Assembly: GCA_965285935.1 (NCBI GenBank) | Contig: OZ260666.1 | Coordinates: forward strand, 48,732,001 to 48,796,000 | DNA: 64,000 nucleotides | Direction of reading: 5' to 3' | Origin: Ophelia neglecta | Lineage: Eukaryota | Shown: positions 26,400 to 40,920 of the stretch, piece after piece | Numbering within the stretch: position 1 is the first letter of the stretch | Layout of the letters: each line of letters begins with the position of its first letter | Notes under the pieces: generated by a model | The model's database searches: none | Told to the model about the DNA's origin: nothing | The model's input: only the letters and a program-made list of their open reading frames with translations | Made by a program: the position numbers and the translations under genes

Positions 26400-29300
26400 C
26401 ATATAGGGGGAGGGGATGATTCGATATCTAAAGGAGCATGGGATGTCATCCCCCCTCCCACATGAGAGGGCACAGGGTTTTCCAAAGCGCCTTCCCATAA
26501 CTGGTGGTAGAGATTTCATGACATGACATTTTTGCTTGAACTTTATCGTCGCGCCTTTCGCGAAAGCCCAGGATTTGAAAAAGTAGTGTTTATATGTTTT
26601 ACAGTATATATTCATAATAACCATGCAGTTATGATCCCGAATAGACAAAGGTGATTTTCATGTATTTGCAACAGGGACGTACCCAGTATTTGGATAGCAG
26701 GGTTCGATTTTTCTAAAGGAGCCAACCTAAAAATGAGCCAGCTTGAAAGTGAAGCAATGATACATTTCCCTTGTCGAAACTGAATACGATTCTGAAAAGA
26801 ACGGACAGAGGAACAATATTGAATATGTTAAACAATTGAAAATATATTCCATGTGAACTCAAATAATTCGCTACGAATTTTCTGCACGTATATTTGAAGA
26901 TCTTGATTATTGCGAAGACAAAGAACGCTCAATGAACGCCATTTATGTTTATCGGAAGACGAGAAAGTAATCCACAAATCATCAGTTCATACCCTCTGCA
27001 AGGTTTTATAACTTGTCAAAACCTGTCGCACTATATATCCCTATTTAACAATCTACACAATATATATGTTCTAGAATATATCTTCTAATTATGCCTAAAT
27101 TCATAAAATGAGTAGCAGCGATATGTTCCAATGTGTTTAAAGGTCGAAACAGTTTGTCTCACATCAGCGGCATAAATCTCCAGCTCACTTATGTGAGGGT
27201 CATTCTAGTTAGTGCAGTGATGTTGATTTTTCAAAACTGGTTATTAAGTGTATCTGAATATATCCCTGCACCTAATTAAAATAGGCGTTATGTTATTTTC
27301 TCGGAGAAACATGTTATGATGGGCGATCAATAAAACATTTCCGCATCTAATCTACTATTCCCGCCTTGATTTACCCATTTAACTCCGACTAGAGATGTGG
27401 TATGCACAATGGTCGAGAGACACAATATATCAGCAAATGTGCATGATTTATCTGGCAAATGTTTCATTTCCTCCTTTATAAGACATGACCGAAGTGACTG
27501 TCGTAGAAGCGAGCGGAAGTAATTAAAGAAAGGTGCATCTATTATTGGAACCATCTCCTTGGACAATGTGGGGCTCATATTTGGTACAATGGTTGGACTG
27601 GCTCAGTATCACCAGACATCCTTATTGTTCAATACTACAGAAAAAACAATGACTCTATGTAAATTACAAGTTACTCCAAGGTGAATAAATCAATCGAATG
27701 TTGTTCCATTCAACACCCCTAATATATAACTCAGGCATAGATTTGCCCAGTGAAATATAAATAATGCTAGCTGGTGGAATTTTCCAAATATGTCCCCTTG
27801 GAGAGAAGACTTTAAGCTCCTTAACAGACTTAAAACCTATAGAGTAAGTATTGTTCATGGACCGTCGTATTTGTCTATCATGCAATGAATACTAATCACC
27901 GCTGGAATGGAGCAGATAAGCTGAAAACAGGAAGAGATGTGGAAAACAAATTTAAGGGCAGATGAGTACCATCAACAGAATCGATAGTCTGGTTAGAAAA
28001 ACATTAATGTGACCAGATACCAATAAATATATACACGCGCTTAATTCTTTTCCCGATAAGCAACAAACAAGTATATTTTTCAACAATACCAATTAACCAC
28101 AATGCAAAAAAGGTAAAAAATGAATCACGCTATATTAAGTCAGATTCAGTAATTAAACGAGTTGTGGTGGTGTAGTTTTGTTATTTGTGGTTGGTTTCAA
28201 ACTTATGGCTCATAGGTTCCCTTTTAGGAACTTATACTTACACATATTTTGTTTGTTTTAGTGGCTATATTGATGAAACAGCACCTGGTACGTGATAGAC
28301 AAATCAAGATAAGACAATGATAATGATAAATCGAAGGATAAGTGTACGTTTCTACGAACACTGGTGAAAACAGTGATATAGTTCGAAAAAAGTAATAAAC
28401 AATTTCAATGAATATAAATGAAAGAAAAACTAGAAATAAAGTGTTATATGTTGCTTCTGGTTCATGGAATTTCTGGTATAAGTGATTATGCTTAGAAGTA
28501 AGACACTGAGGTAATTTAGGACCCAGCAATTCCAATACAATCGAAGAATAAAGTTACACAACATTTACTCTTTACGATGACATAACTAGCATTACCCAAT
28601 GAATCTCCAGTCGTGACATTGGCTTAAATAGGGCGCATAATAATTTAATCGTGCCATATTTTAGTTTGATGAAAAGGATTACGTTTTCCTCAGAGTAAAT
28701 TTTGTACTTATTGATTATCTTAGCTATATTGGAAATGATGGCAACGATGGCTATACTAATATTACAAAGGTCATGTAAGAAGCAGAAAGCATCAGCTTCA
28801 TATAATCCGGATTTGTCTCTATGAATGATTGAGTGTGTGACCTAGATCTCTTTGCCCAATGTGAGCAAACAAATGCAACTAATGAAGTATTCCCTAGCAA
28901 TTCCCTAGCCCCTGGTGAATGCAGTAAAGGGTAAGAGTATTTGCAGACCTGCTTGTGTTCAATGCTTCATTATTGCTAACATTCTTTCTAGCCAATGGAA
29001 CTGTATTGAAACCGCAGCTTATTGCCAGCCACTATAACACTAATAAAAGCTTAACTAAGACCAGGTTCTAATACCAACGTAAGATCATATTGGGGACAAT
29101 GCATACTGGCTTACAGTGTAAAATACGACAATGTTTAGGTTATATTTTCTCCTTGAGGCAAGTTCGCGGAAAGGATGCATTTCGATTCTGCGTAGAACAT
29201 TCAACATGGAATGTTTAATCATTTCGCTGAACATTCCATATTGAAATGTTATCCTCTTTTTCTTAAATCAGATTCTGTAAAAATTGATTGAATTAATTCA

Positions 29301-29730
29301 GGGAAATTCTTACAATATTTAATCAACTAAAATGGAGAAACAAGACAGAAATCTAACACATCAATTGCAATATGTAATATGACAGGTCACGTTAATTCCT
29401 AATGACCGATTTAACAGATTTCCCATGATGAACGTTTTGATTTTCTGCCAGGTAATCGTTCCTGTTTGTCCAACGGAGCTAGAACAAAATCACACATTAG
29501 ATCAACATTCCCATAAGTCATAGCTGTGTATATTCGTTCAAAGGTATGAGTTTTAGAACAGATATGAAATTCATCATACGATGCACATTCGTTTAAGGCT
29601 GTACAATGTGATCATGATCGTCAAACATTTAGATGTAAAATTGTTGGAAGTCATTTCCAATGACTTATTACCAGATGTCTAAGTACGTATTTAATTTAAA
29701 TGTGAACCAATTCCATGTCAATATGGCAGA
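26400..29730 (+). pseudogene. Long decayed LRR relic (one very long LRR gene or two adjacent ones)
   Basis: RIFEDLD (about 26887), RFYNLSKPVALYI/FNNLHNI (27001), GRNSLSHI (27142), KTFPHLIYYSRLDL (27333), HDLSGKCF (27442), EDFKLLNRLKTY (27805), TIFNQLK (29312), TLIPNDRFNRFPMMNVL (29389), FKGMS (about 29538), IVKHLDV (about 29617). Confidence 0.6.
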
Positions 29731-30689
29731 AGAATTTCGCGTACGAAAGCCCAAGACTTACATTAGTTATTATCTACCATAAAGCTCTTCCCATTAAAGA
29801 CAACTTAATAAAATGAATTTTTTTATAATTTTTTTCTTCGAGCGCTCAGAAGTTCTGCAAAGAACGAACTATAATTTAAAACTGACAAACCGTCTTGAGA
29901 TTTCACTAGTCAACAATTTTAGGCATCTTTTTGCACCAGCACAAATAAAATGGCACATTATTTCTTGTGTAATATCTGCATTGACCAAGCAATGTGCAAT
30001 TATACATTATTCATTTGAGTGATACATATCCTGTCTATCCATAAATATCATTTATGAAAATACTGGGTGTTAATGTATCCATGATCTATGTGGAAAATAT
30101 ATTCATATCTTCATCATTCATCTTAGTCGCGCCGACTGAATATGTCAACATATTTATTACTTTGATCTGCCTTCGTACCAGCTGAACGCATTCGTGAGCA
30201 AATCCAGCATAATGCTAGACCCAATTTTCCTTAAAGCATGTTCGCGCCATCACAACCTACGTGCGTCTGGCCCAACTCATGTTTGCGCCTCGTCAATTAG
30301 CGTTCGTCTACTTGACGACCTGTCTGCACCGACTTGCCCGAGGCCTGCTTCAACGTCTCCAATGTGATCATTCAACATCGTTTGTGTAAAATGAACAAAC
30401 GTCCTTCTTTGTGGTATTTACGTCAGCTCCTTTGGTTTTTTCTTGGAAAACCATGCATTATCAATGCTAGCTATAGCTATTATTGTTTATGATTTCAGTG
30501 AAGTATATGGAGTCATCAGAAACTGATTAACCTTGGCAGCAGGTTACTCGGTGTATCATCCACATGTTATATACACCCAAGTAGGTGTACATCACACCGT
30601 ACATCTGAATGAACATACAGTTTTCTTGTGTTTAAGTGGATCGGAGTCAACTTTTGTCATAACACCAAAATCTGGTAAAAAACACAAAT

Positions 30690-31270
30690 AAATAAGAAAA
30701 ATGTGATAGTTCTTGGAAATGAAATACGCAAGGGAAACCAAAAAAGTAGTCTGAATAGCCGTGGTGTTGCGTGAAGATATTAATGGCAGCAGTGTTCGGT
30801 AGGATGTGCTAGCAATGGACGACATTTATCTGTAGATGTACATATTTTAGGTATTAAGGAGAGAATGGGATCCAAATCGAGCTAAATGGTGCATATAAAT
30901 CATCGATTATTTCTCCTCGAATATCTTCAAATCTATATACTATATTTTGAACTCACGGCCATCTTTTATATTAAGTACAGCATCAATTTATCTCACACTG
31001 GTTAAAGAGGCGTGAAGCTGTCAGAGACCATTGTCAACAAATACTATTTCTAATAATTCATTTGGATCCAGATCATATATTAAAGTGTTTTAGATTGAGT
31101 TTTGTTCTTATGCCAATACGTTTTCTTCTCGTCATACCAGAAAAAGTACACACAGCTCGGAACTCTCCGTCGCCCGACCTTATAAATGTTCATTGATCAA
31201 GACCCTCTTTGGGAGATTCTTTGATGGGCTGCGCTCTCTTACTAGCGAGTGATCGTATATAAATTTGTTT
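30690..31270 (+). pseudogene. Decayed LRR gene relic
   Basis: VLGNEIR (about 30708), IDYFSSNIFKSI (about 30902), TISNNSFGSRSYIKVF (31043), FFDGLRSLTS (31217). Confidence 0.55.
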
Positions 31271-31399
31271 CGAAAAACATTAGTCCTAAAATAGGTTGTA
31301 ATGGGACCCTGAATAATAGAAACAATATAAGAATTTCAAGTACCTGCATGTAATTATACGTACGGTCTGCGCTAGAATTAACGCTGGGACGTTTACTAT

Positions 31400-31695
31400 A
31401 GCTTCGCGGATCTCATAGATCTGGCGTTTAATTTTCAATAGGCCGGCGTGTTTAATTATAGGCCAGCATTGTGTATCTTAATATTTATTATCATGTATAT
31501 GTTCAATTTGAAGTGATCAACCATCAATTCAAATTTAGGCCCGGCGTTTATTATATAGGGCCTACCGGATTTAATTTAGGCCGGGCGTTTATAAAAGACA
31601 GGCGTTTACCGTTTTAAGTGAATCTCATGGACCCGGCATATACTATATAAAACGGCGTTTAAAAGAGAATTTGCTTATTTCTGCGCTTATGGTAT
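31400..31695. repeat. Cluster of about 7 imperfect GG(C/A)CCGGCGTTTA(T) motifs, probable MITE-like element remnant
   Basis: ctggcgttta, ggccggcgtgttta, ggcccggcgtttatt, ggccgggcgtttata, acaggcgttta, gacccggcata, acggcgttta. Confidence 0.5.
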
Positions 31696-34549
31696 GTGTA
31701 AATATCTACACACATGATTTATTGATAGTATAATATGTACATGTAATGGTGAAAGCCGATTAATGGACGGTTGCTCAAAGGTAATGTTATATATAAATGT
31801 CATTTGCAACTGCCAATACTTTGTTGTCTATATTGTGCGATATCGTTGCATGGACTTGGAGGAAATGCTTTTAGACACTCTCTAGGGACGTTGTTGAGGG
31901 AAGTTTTTTGATTAATAGCTACTAACCCTGAAGCTTGACGAGCCAAAGGTATTTCCGTAGATTGGTCGTACTGCAGAGCCTTCTTTTCTGGCAAAAGAAT
32001 TTGGTTGAAAGAGTTTATGCCAGTGCTTCAGTGAATCCCCCCATGTCACGTTCACTTTGTCTGTCCGAGCTTAGTGGTCAACAAGGAATGGCCAAGTCCC
32101 GCAGGCAAAAGGGGTCAAGACTTTGTATTAGCTGCTGCCAGTATCAGCGGCAGCTCTGTTGCACCAGCTGCGACCTCCTGCCATTGATACAGCCAACAGC
32201 TGAGCTGTTATCTGTGTCATCATCATCGGAGCTGTTGGCTGCGCCCCAGATGAACTTCAATATTGATCTCCCGCGCATTCATAAATAAATTAGGGTTTTA
32301 CGCATATAAGGCCCTAAGCAAAAAATGAATGTAACTCCGGATCTATACATATTTTAAAGGCTTAAGGTTTCATACATGCATATGCAACTTTTTTCTTCGG
32401 AAGAATTGGTGCCTGATTCTGAATCACATAGCTATCGAACAAATTAGCGTTTGCAACTTTCGCTAGTTCTGCCAGTAAACAATAGGTACATGCCTGCAAG
32501 CCAATTTGACATTTTATCTAAAGAGCATATACCTAAGTAAACACATGCCTTGGAGGCTGGGTACATATACATGTACCTTGAGCATGCTGAACCTCATTAA
32601 ATAAGTATATGTTTTGGTAAAATTATTAAATCTGAGGCGATCAGCCTGTGGGATTTATAATGACCACAATTTTACCAGGGCCAGACGACACTTGAAGTGG
32701 AATTCATGCACCTCCCGGAGATTAATTGTGAGGTCCTGTTAGTGAAACGACACAATTACCTGTCAGCGTCTGGCGACAAACAGACGAGACAGGGCCGTCG
32801 GGAGTATCCAGGTCACCAGAAAACGAGTTTAATAATGTGATAGGAATATGTGCCTCGGGATATTGAGGGACGGCGAAGCTTCTATCAGTTGTGACTGACT
32901 ATACCAGAGGAGTTATTATAGCCATGCACCATGTAAAAACATTACCGCCCTGGTTATTTCATCTGAAGTGTCGGTATTTTCATTTACAAACACTTGGCGT
33001 GTCGAGTTCAGTTTACTGGGTGATAAATCACTATTTAACCATGCAAATTTGCATGTAACACCGGCACTGTCTTCCCGGCGATGTATATGCACGAAATATC
33101 ATTCGATTACATGAATAGCAGATTAAGACAAAATGGTCTGCACCCACTTCCGTTCTGCACAGTATGTGATATAGTTTATTTAAATAAATGATTACTTCTG
33201 GTCAATAAATATTTGGTATACTGATAAATGCTTCCATACGTATAAATGTTGCCTTAACATAAAAAGAACTTCAAAACATTGAACTCTTCAACAATACTAA
33301 GGTTGGTAAAATCAATAGATAGGTCTTAGAATTAAATACGTGATATTGTATGCTTTTATTTTTGGGACACAGTGTCACAAAAGTATCATTTTGAATTAAT
33401 GATGCCGATCATATAGTGTCTGGGTGCCTCCGCCGGCTAAAGACACAAAATGTACATATTATAGATGCCAACTAGATGTAAGGCGATTGCAAATTCAAGT
33501 TTTGATTAGTATGCTAGAATAGCTAGGCAGTTCGGAAGTTATACGCTTATCGTTAACAGCAAGTAATCAAGCGTTATATATAAAACGACCTCATAAAAAA
33601 GTTTTTTTTTTCCAGATAATAGACGAGTAAGTTATTTTAAAATTCAGCCCCAGCGTTTATAGACTGAGCCACCGGAAGGTATTAATTCTAAGTGCGTTTT
33701 CAGCTCTCCTTGTGAGCAGACGACTATAGAGGATGCCTCGTTGTTTACAAAAGATATTTTATAGTAGATTAGCCTGATTAAGCTGGAGGATGCTGGAGGA
33801 TGCTGGTTCGACGCTTGCTCGTGGAGGGTGATGATATGGCCATATATACTGTCCGTTACAGGCCTAATTTCCGGCTTGTGTCCGGAAGGTTATATATCTG
33901 ATAATATGGTCGTTGGCTCGTTGAGCTTGCGCGATTTTACAGGAAGTACCGATATCGAAGAATCTGCTTGCGAGATGAGTTACAAAGTTCAGCCGAACAG
34001 GCCACGGGAGACAATACGTAACTCCAGGGGAAAACGAGCGCCAACGGCCATCGTTGTAATTCGATGTTTCCTGAGCACCCATGGAAGCGTTTTTATTAAC
34101 AGCTAGGGCAACGTTTCACTCTGCTCACCAATATGAATATCAAGCATTGATTAGATGATCGGTTAGTTTATTATAACTGCAGCGTTGATATCAACAAAGG
34201 TCACTGATTTTCTATCTGCAAAAAACGGACAGACAAGTCTACTTTTGGCAATGAAGCTTCCTTTGTGCATTCCTACCCTGCACTCACAAATGCTTTGAAT
34301 TCCGATTCGGATGCAATATTGATATTCACAATAGGAACGTCAAATAGAAGAGTCCCTTATTCAGTAAAGCTACACAATAAACAACGGGGCCGTATTTGGA
34401 AAGCCGAGAGCCTGGTAACAAAATATATCGCATTATATGTAGGCTGCTACATCGAACCAAGCCAACAACAAGCTGTATGGTATGCTCAATGGGACGATTT
34501 GTATCTCCTTTTTTTTTCTATCAGCCGTAAGTGAATTCCTTGCCAGTGA

Positions 34550-37350
34550 GTTGCTTGAACCAGCGGTTGTACAATACAGAATATGCAAAGAAGGAAGACA
34601 AGAAGATTATCAATGTCTATTTTGAATGTGACCGAGAATTTTACAAGAAATAGCTTGCTTTGGTCGCGTTAAGGAACAACATGTGAATAATTACGAAGTG
34701 AAATTTGTTGTGGCCTATGATTTTGGTGTATAAAACCAGGAGATTCTCTCATTAAAACACCCGATAAACCAGATGGTCAACTACACTTTTTATGATATTT
34801 TTTTTCAAATATCAAATATATTTTATCGGCTACTATGACCTAAACGATTATAGGTAAGATGTATACCCATAGAATTAACTTCGAAAATGGGTGCGAACAT
34901 GTTTCACATTGGACGATAAAAAATAAACATAGTTGGCTACAGTAGATTTAGGCCTTCGATGTTTTGAGCATGATATACTGTGTTGACCAACACATTTGAT
35001 AAAAAATTGTGGTCATGTATATAGCATTCGTGTCAAGCGTAAATGCAGGCCTAGGCTATATATAAGGAAGGTAAATTTTGCCTCATTAAACGTATAAGTA
35101 CCTTGACAGGGAATATAAAAATCAAGCAGATAATGTCATAAAACATTAAAATGAAGCGCATTGCAAACAAAAAATGTCTCAATTTGGACACATTTTATTG
35201 TAAATTAGTGCATTTTTCATGAGCACGTGATGCTCGACAAGGTGTTCAAAGTACCATGCCCTGTTCCGGAAATGAATGTCCAAATCTATGACAAAGAAGA
35301 GGTATGATTTGGTTGATCTTAAAGCCGATTCATAAAGGACTAACATGGTGTTAAGAGCTGCTGATTCTTAAACATATCCATGAAAACGGACTTGCAACTA
35401 CTGAGTTGAGAATTCCAATACTCACAAAATCTATATATGGATAATATTTTCTATATCCCTTTACACCAACAACTGAATCTTTACTTGAGCATGGTTTGGT
35501 ACATTGTACTGACATTTTGGGCGGTGTTTTTGAGTCCCTCAAAGAACACCTAAAGCCAAATAATCGTCCTTTATGGTTAAGTTTACTTTATTCACTGTAA
35601 GAAAACAATATAAAAACTTTCAGAGCTTTATATGTAAAACCCATGTAAACACATGCTCCTATACAAACAAGCCACCGAAATTAACACCGATAAGAAACCC
35701 AGTGAAAAGGACGGTACTCGAAGGTTCAACAAAAATTAATTACATGGTGGTCCACAAAATCATTCTATAACATCACATCAACGTTTATAACTAGAATCAT
35801 GCCTGCCAAATGACCCTTTTCGATATTCATCTTAGAACCAAGGCTAGTAAATGCTGTATCTGCTCAGAAAACCCTTATAAATCCAGATGGGTTAGCATTC
35901 AATAAGTCGTGTTCCAGAAGAAATCATACAATTCGTCATACAGAATACGCTCTAGTACCTTAAACACTATTGATAAAAAGGACACATTATGTAGTGACCG
36001 ATATTTTATCCCTTTTTATACAGAATCACAGCCCTTGCTTTCATGTTGTAACACATCTTACACCTTTGCTGAATTCAATTTAGAAAAGCAAGTTGCACAC
36101 GGTCAATATATTCATGAGTTTTCAATCCCCATAGTTCCCAGTCGTATAAAAGTGCGGGCTCGACAAAATTTCAAATAAGCGACAATTTTTTGTAATAGGA
36201 ACATACAGAGATAGCACATCCGGTTCTCTAAAGGAAACTATGCTTCCTGGCTTTCATTGTAGCTCTCTCTTGAACGACTCTACGACAAAACGGACGTACA
36301 GAAGGATGTCCACTAGTATGTCCATAAAATCAAATTATTTATACATTTATGTGTGTTTTTGTCTGCCCATGAGACTTTTCCACTATGCGCTTACATTACC
36401 TGACTTAGGCACCCATATTCGATCACAATGAGACCTTTGTGGCTCAGCAGATTTATCAGCACAATCACTTGGGCAGTCTCTAGGTATATTTGCGGAATAA
36501 TGTAAAGGAAAAGTTTCACTACGTTGGCTAGATTTAATGATGCAACGCTAAGTATAGATATAACGGAACATACAGTAGATATCATCAGGTTACCAATGAT
36601 GCAGATGCCTGCAAAGGCTTACAACACCGATAATGAAGACCAAACACAGGGTGAATTTCCGAGGATACCTCGGAGATTATTTTCAGTCTTCTTCCCAATT
36701 CTGCGAGGTCGACTGCGTCGCAGTGTATTCAAAAGTAGCCTGAGATAAATGAGACCTTTGCTCTGAATAAACAAATTTAATGACATTAATGGGATTAGTT
36801 CATTTTGCCTCTGGTTGGACAATTCTTGAAATGTGTTCAACTAAGCATTTGCAAAAATAATGTCAGGATGATCTAATTTATATGATTGCTGCTGTTCGAT
36901 GTGCTGAATTTCCTCTCGATTTCCTAAACTTCCTAAAAAATGTGCATTTGTGTCTACAACGTAAATATCACGCAGCTGGTGTTTTATGAAGAGTGACTCA
37001 GCTGAGCAATGTTTTATCCGGAATTCTTCCTTTGGTAAACTTGTTTTTTCTCAAAATTGCTGCAAGGCTACACAAGTCTAATTGATTATAATCTGACGTG
37101 TGTAACGTTAGGCATTAACCTAAAGAGCATGTCGTCATATACAGCGAGATTTTATTCTGCCACAAAAGCATATATTATTGCGTAATCATTAGCTTCATGA
37201 TAATTACTTGCAACAAAGGTAAAGAGAGTTTCCCATAAATTTAACTGACTACTGACTACTGACTAATTATTGTGTTGCATGACGTTTTGGGGGGATTCTA
37301 TAAGCTGAGTCTATTGTTTCAATTTGCTGTTTTTGAGAGGGTAGAGTTTT
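34550..37350 (+). pseudogene. Decayed LRR gene relic(s)
   Basis: SGCTIQNM (34562), FSNIKYI (about 34802), GGVFESLKEHL (about 35520), LPNDPFR (about 35803), TFAEFNLEK (36062), LTLPDLGTHIRS (about 36390), VLGGFYKLSLL (about 37284). Confidence 0.4.
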
Positions 37351-40300
37351 CTGATGCGATTTACCAAATAATAATTTTGTGTGCATTTGAATTAAGAAAA
37401 AAAATCCTTCCGAATATGGCATGCATAACAAAGGTCAACTGTGAGAAGTCAACACTCTCCAAATGTCGTTCGACAGTTTATAGGGCATTTGAAGTGTTGC
37501 GTGTCGGGAGACATGTCCTTAGTAATAAGACTGTCGCTGTAGATTTATAATCTAATGTGTCGACCTCTCGAGTTTCCTATTCTTTTTTATTTTGTTGATT
37601 TTACCCACGTATTCCCTATCGCCTGACAAAGCCGAGCGGAGGAATACTGTTTTCCTATGGCATGCTTGTTGTTTTGTGCAAATGAGCTCATTTCGATCAG
37701 TCCGCTGAATCGAAAAATTGAGGGAATAATGTAGTGCATTATTTTTTCTTATCGATTTCTGCAGCTGTTTTAGGCGTGCTCATTACGAGTCCTGGAGGTT
37801 ATGGTAAGGTCATGGTAGGTTGAAGAGACAAGTTCGAGATGTTAAAAAATAAGTGTGAGCTTTCTTGTTTGAATATAGGGATGCATTTTATAAGGTAGAA
37901 TAATGTATGCAATACTTCCCAAAAAAATTATCTACATTGCTCTGTCACAGTGTTTGTCATGTTCTAAGGTTTTTGAAGACACGACTTACTAAGATTTTGT
38001 TGGGCAATGGCTGAATGGAATCTAGACTATCTCATGTTAACGTTGATTTGTATATAAGAGGAAGTATTAAGATTCAGTCTTTGTTCATCATCATTTGTGC
38101 AGATGGTTCAAGTTTCATTTTCATTCTAGTTGTTTAATAAAGATGTTTTATTGATGAGGATGGCTGACGGATTCCAAATAACAGAAGTTGGCGGTGTAGT
38201 ACCCGCTGCACTACTTCTTGCGGTAAAACAAACAAGAGTGTGGACTAGGTACAGTATATTTAGCCTAGGATGGCTAGGCACTTCGGGCATTCGGCCGCAC
38301 CTCTATCAAATTTTCGGTTGTTGTTGTTTCGGTTGCGCCATACTGGTTCCGGACTGGCACACTGAGGGCAAAAGAGTAAAAGTCGCAACGGTTGCTGTCA
38401 GCACCAAGCTTTGACGCTGGTGGCGCGCAACAAAGGAGGACTTTCAATTCTTTTGCTGGAAAAAATGGTGTTTTTGACGAAATGACATCTGTGTACTGCA
38501 CCTTAAGGTGCCAGGAACCCAATGGAGGTCGTCTGCAAGCCGCTCCTCTAAATAATCGGAGAGATATAAGAATACTATTTACCTGTTCCCGGAAATGGTG
38601 TATGCATGAAATAAACAACAATATATTTATCTTTGCCTTCGAATCATAATTTAAACCTCACATTATAACTAACGTTGGTCAGATCCATTTAATTCGGCAA
38701 CCAGCAGCGAAAATAACCATTAATGAAGGTCGCGTGACCGGATCTAGTATTGCTGCGGTGGTGCTGCGCTGTGCTTGGTCCAATTCAAGTTAAAAATAGT
38801 ATGATATTCCCCCCCCCCCCATCCCCCACGTGGGATCGAATGTAAGGGATCATGTGAGGGATCCGATTGAATCGAGTGAGAAAACGAACATATTCTCAAA
38901 ATGACATCGGATAACCCTCACTTAACATGTTAGAGATATAAGATTTATTTAGTTCTCTGCAACATGTAGGCATTGGACGCCCAGAATGGCCAAAGAATAA
39001 AAGTTGCAACGGTTTGCTGGTCGTACCACGATGTGACACTGGTATGATATGTATAAATTTGTATGATGGAAATGCAATATTCGTTGAGATTTATGCATTT
39101 TTTTAGCAAACTGTCCTGACGAATTAGTCCTCAAACATATATAATTGAATGTGAGTCGAGCAGCCTGTGGGGGTAACGATGCTGTTAGTCAGAAAAGAAT
39201 CTGTCAGCTCCCAGAAACCTGGAGGTGATGTTTGTGACAATATTATATTAACTGTTGGCGTTTTGTGACCAGCAGACAAGACTGCACCCTCGAGCGTGTT
39301 GTCATCAAGACAAGACGAGATTAGTATTGCGATCAAATTAGTTTTCCTACGACCAAATGTAGGGCTTTACCATAGCTGAAGAGCATTAAAAGACAAATAG
39401 ACAAAATACAACATGACCACCATCGCATAACACCAGTGTGCTAAGGCCTGTGTAATCATTTTATGGTTTTCTTAGCTAGCCTTGAGTGGTACAAATATAT
39501 ATCTACAATGTGCCATTGACTGGTTAGACTATTAGTATACGATAAATTTAGAATTCTGGAAAATCTAAATAGCAAAAGCAAATATCAATGCATTTTAACT
39601 GCAAATGTATTTATTGAGTGGATTATTTCTATCAGTATTTCTAACAGCATCCTCATTATAAATTGATTTGATGATTAATATCCTGTGTTACAAGTAAACA
39701 ATGAGGTGGGTGATGATGGAGGTATGTGTTCAAGCAATTGCCTGCAGCGAGGAAAATGCACTATCAGAGGTCAGAGCAGACCTTTGGAGACGGGTCATAA
39801 GGTAATGTGTTATGCCAGAAATGAGATATGCTTATGCGTCATGGGTTTATATTTTATTCATTGAGGACACATGTTTACATATATAATAAGGCGGCAGGTT
39901 TGCAGCCTTTATTCACAAGCCTTATGGATGTCTGCGCTGATGAAGCAAGAAGATGATACCGAAAGCACCACAATACCGTGCTTAGAGCCTGCTGGTTCTC
40001 GTAATTGTGTGCTTAATCGATTAAAACCCAGCTTAGAGTACATTTCCGATGTTATGGAGAACTTTTGAAATTCTTCATTCTCATTTTTGGGTTATATTAA
40101 TTTTATATGAAAACCATAATAAAATAATGCAGCATAGTCATATTTTCCTGCGTCAATGCAACCAATGCGCTGTATAATCCACGTTGTCCGTTAAGTGATA
40201 ATGTAATCATTTGTTTACAGTATATCACAATAAACTGTTTACACTACCCTCTTTCAATTAACAATAATTAGAAACTATAAAATGCCCGGTGCACGCCAAT

Positions 40301-40852
40301 CTTGTGGTTATTATTCAGGGTAAAAATACATTAACCTTAACCAAACTAGATCAGTGTTTATGAAATGTTCCAAAAGTTAATAAACTTGTATTTGTCACAC
40401 ATAAACGAAATAATGGCAACAAGCACACTTATTGGTGGGCCTTAAATTTAAGATGATTAACTATTCAAAATATGTGATTTTCAATTAATATTAGTATTTT
40501 GTCCCCGAATGCCACATCCGGTGAGAACTATTTTGTTTGATTCGTGTTATTATTTTTAAAGTATCTTATGAAGTCGGTTGGCGACATTGCCTTTTTGCCG
40601 ATTTTAGACCCCTTGTTACACCTCTGCGAAACTAAAGCAATTCGCATACAGTTTTTTTTTAGTTTATCTATAGTTAACGATGTCTGCCCCGATAATTTAA
40701 CACATGCAGGCATTTGTATGCGGTGTATTTAATGCCTATAACCTCTGGCGACAGCCTTTGGGGCCAAATGAAGCCACTTAACTGAGTTTGGGTTTATCAG
40801 TCATAATAATGCTCTTGCCCGGAGCTACAGCGGTTGTTATTTGAAATAGAGG

Positions 40853-40920
40853 TGCCACCTGCTCCACCTGCAACTGCCACCTGCACTTCCCGCGGCAACA
40901 TCGACCTGCACCACCTGCAC
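40853..40920. repeat. Short CCACCTGC(A) tandem-like repeat containing 4 CACCTG E-boxes
   Basis: tgccacctgctccacctgcaactgccacctgcac...cgacctgcaccacctgcac. Confidence 0.7.

Noticed and set aside
31400-31695. CRISPR-like repeat array
   Set aside because: Eukaryotic context, short degenerate motifs, irregular spacing, no cas genes.
38130-38650. Overlapping ORFs of 85-115 aa in a GC-richer patch
   Set aside because: No recognisable domain or coherent splice structure; probably a transposon remnant.
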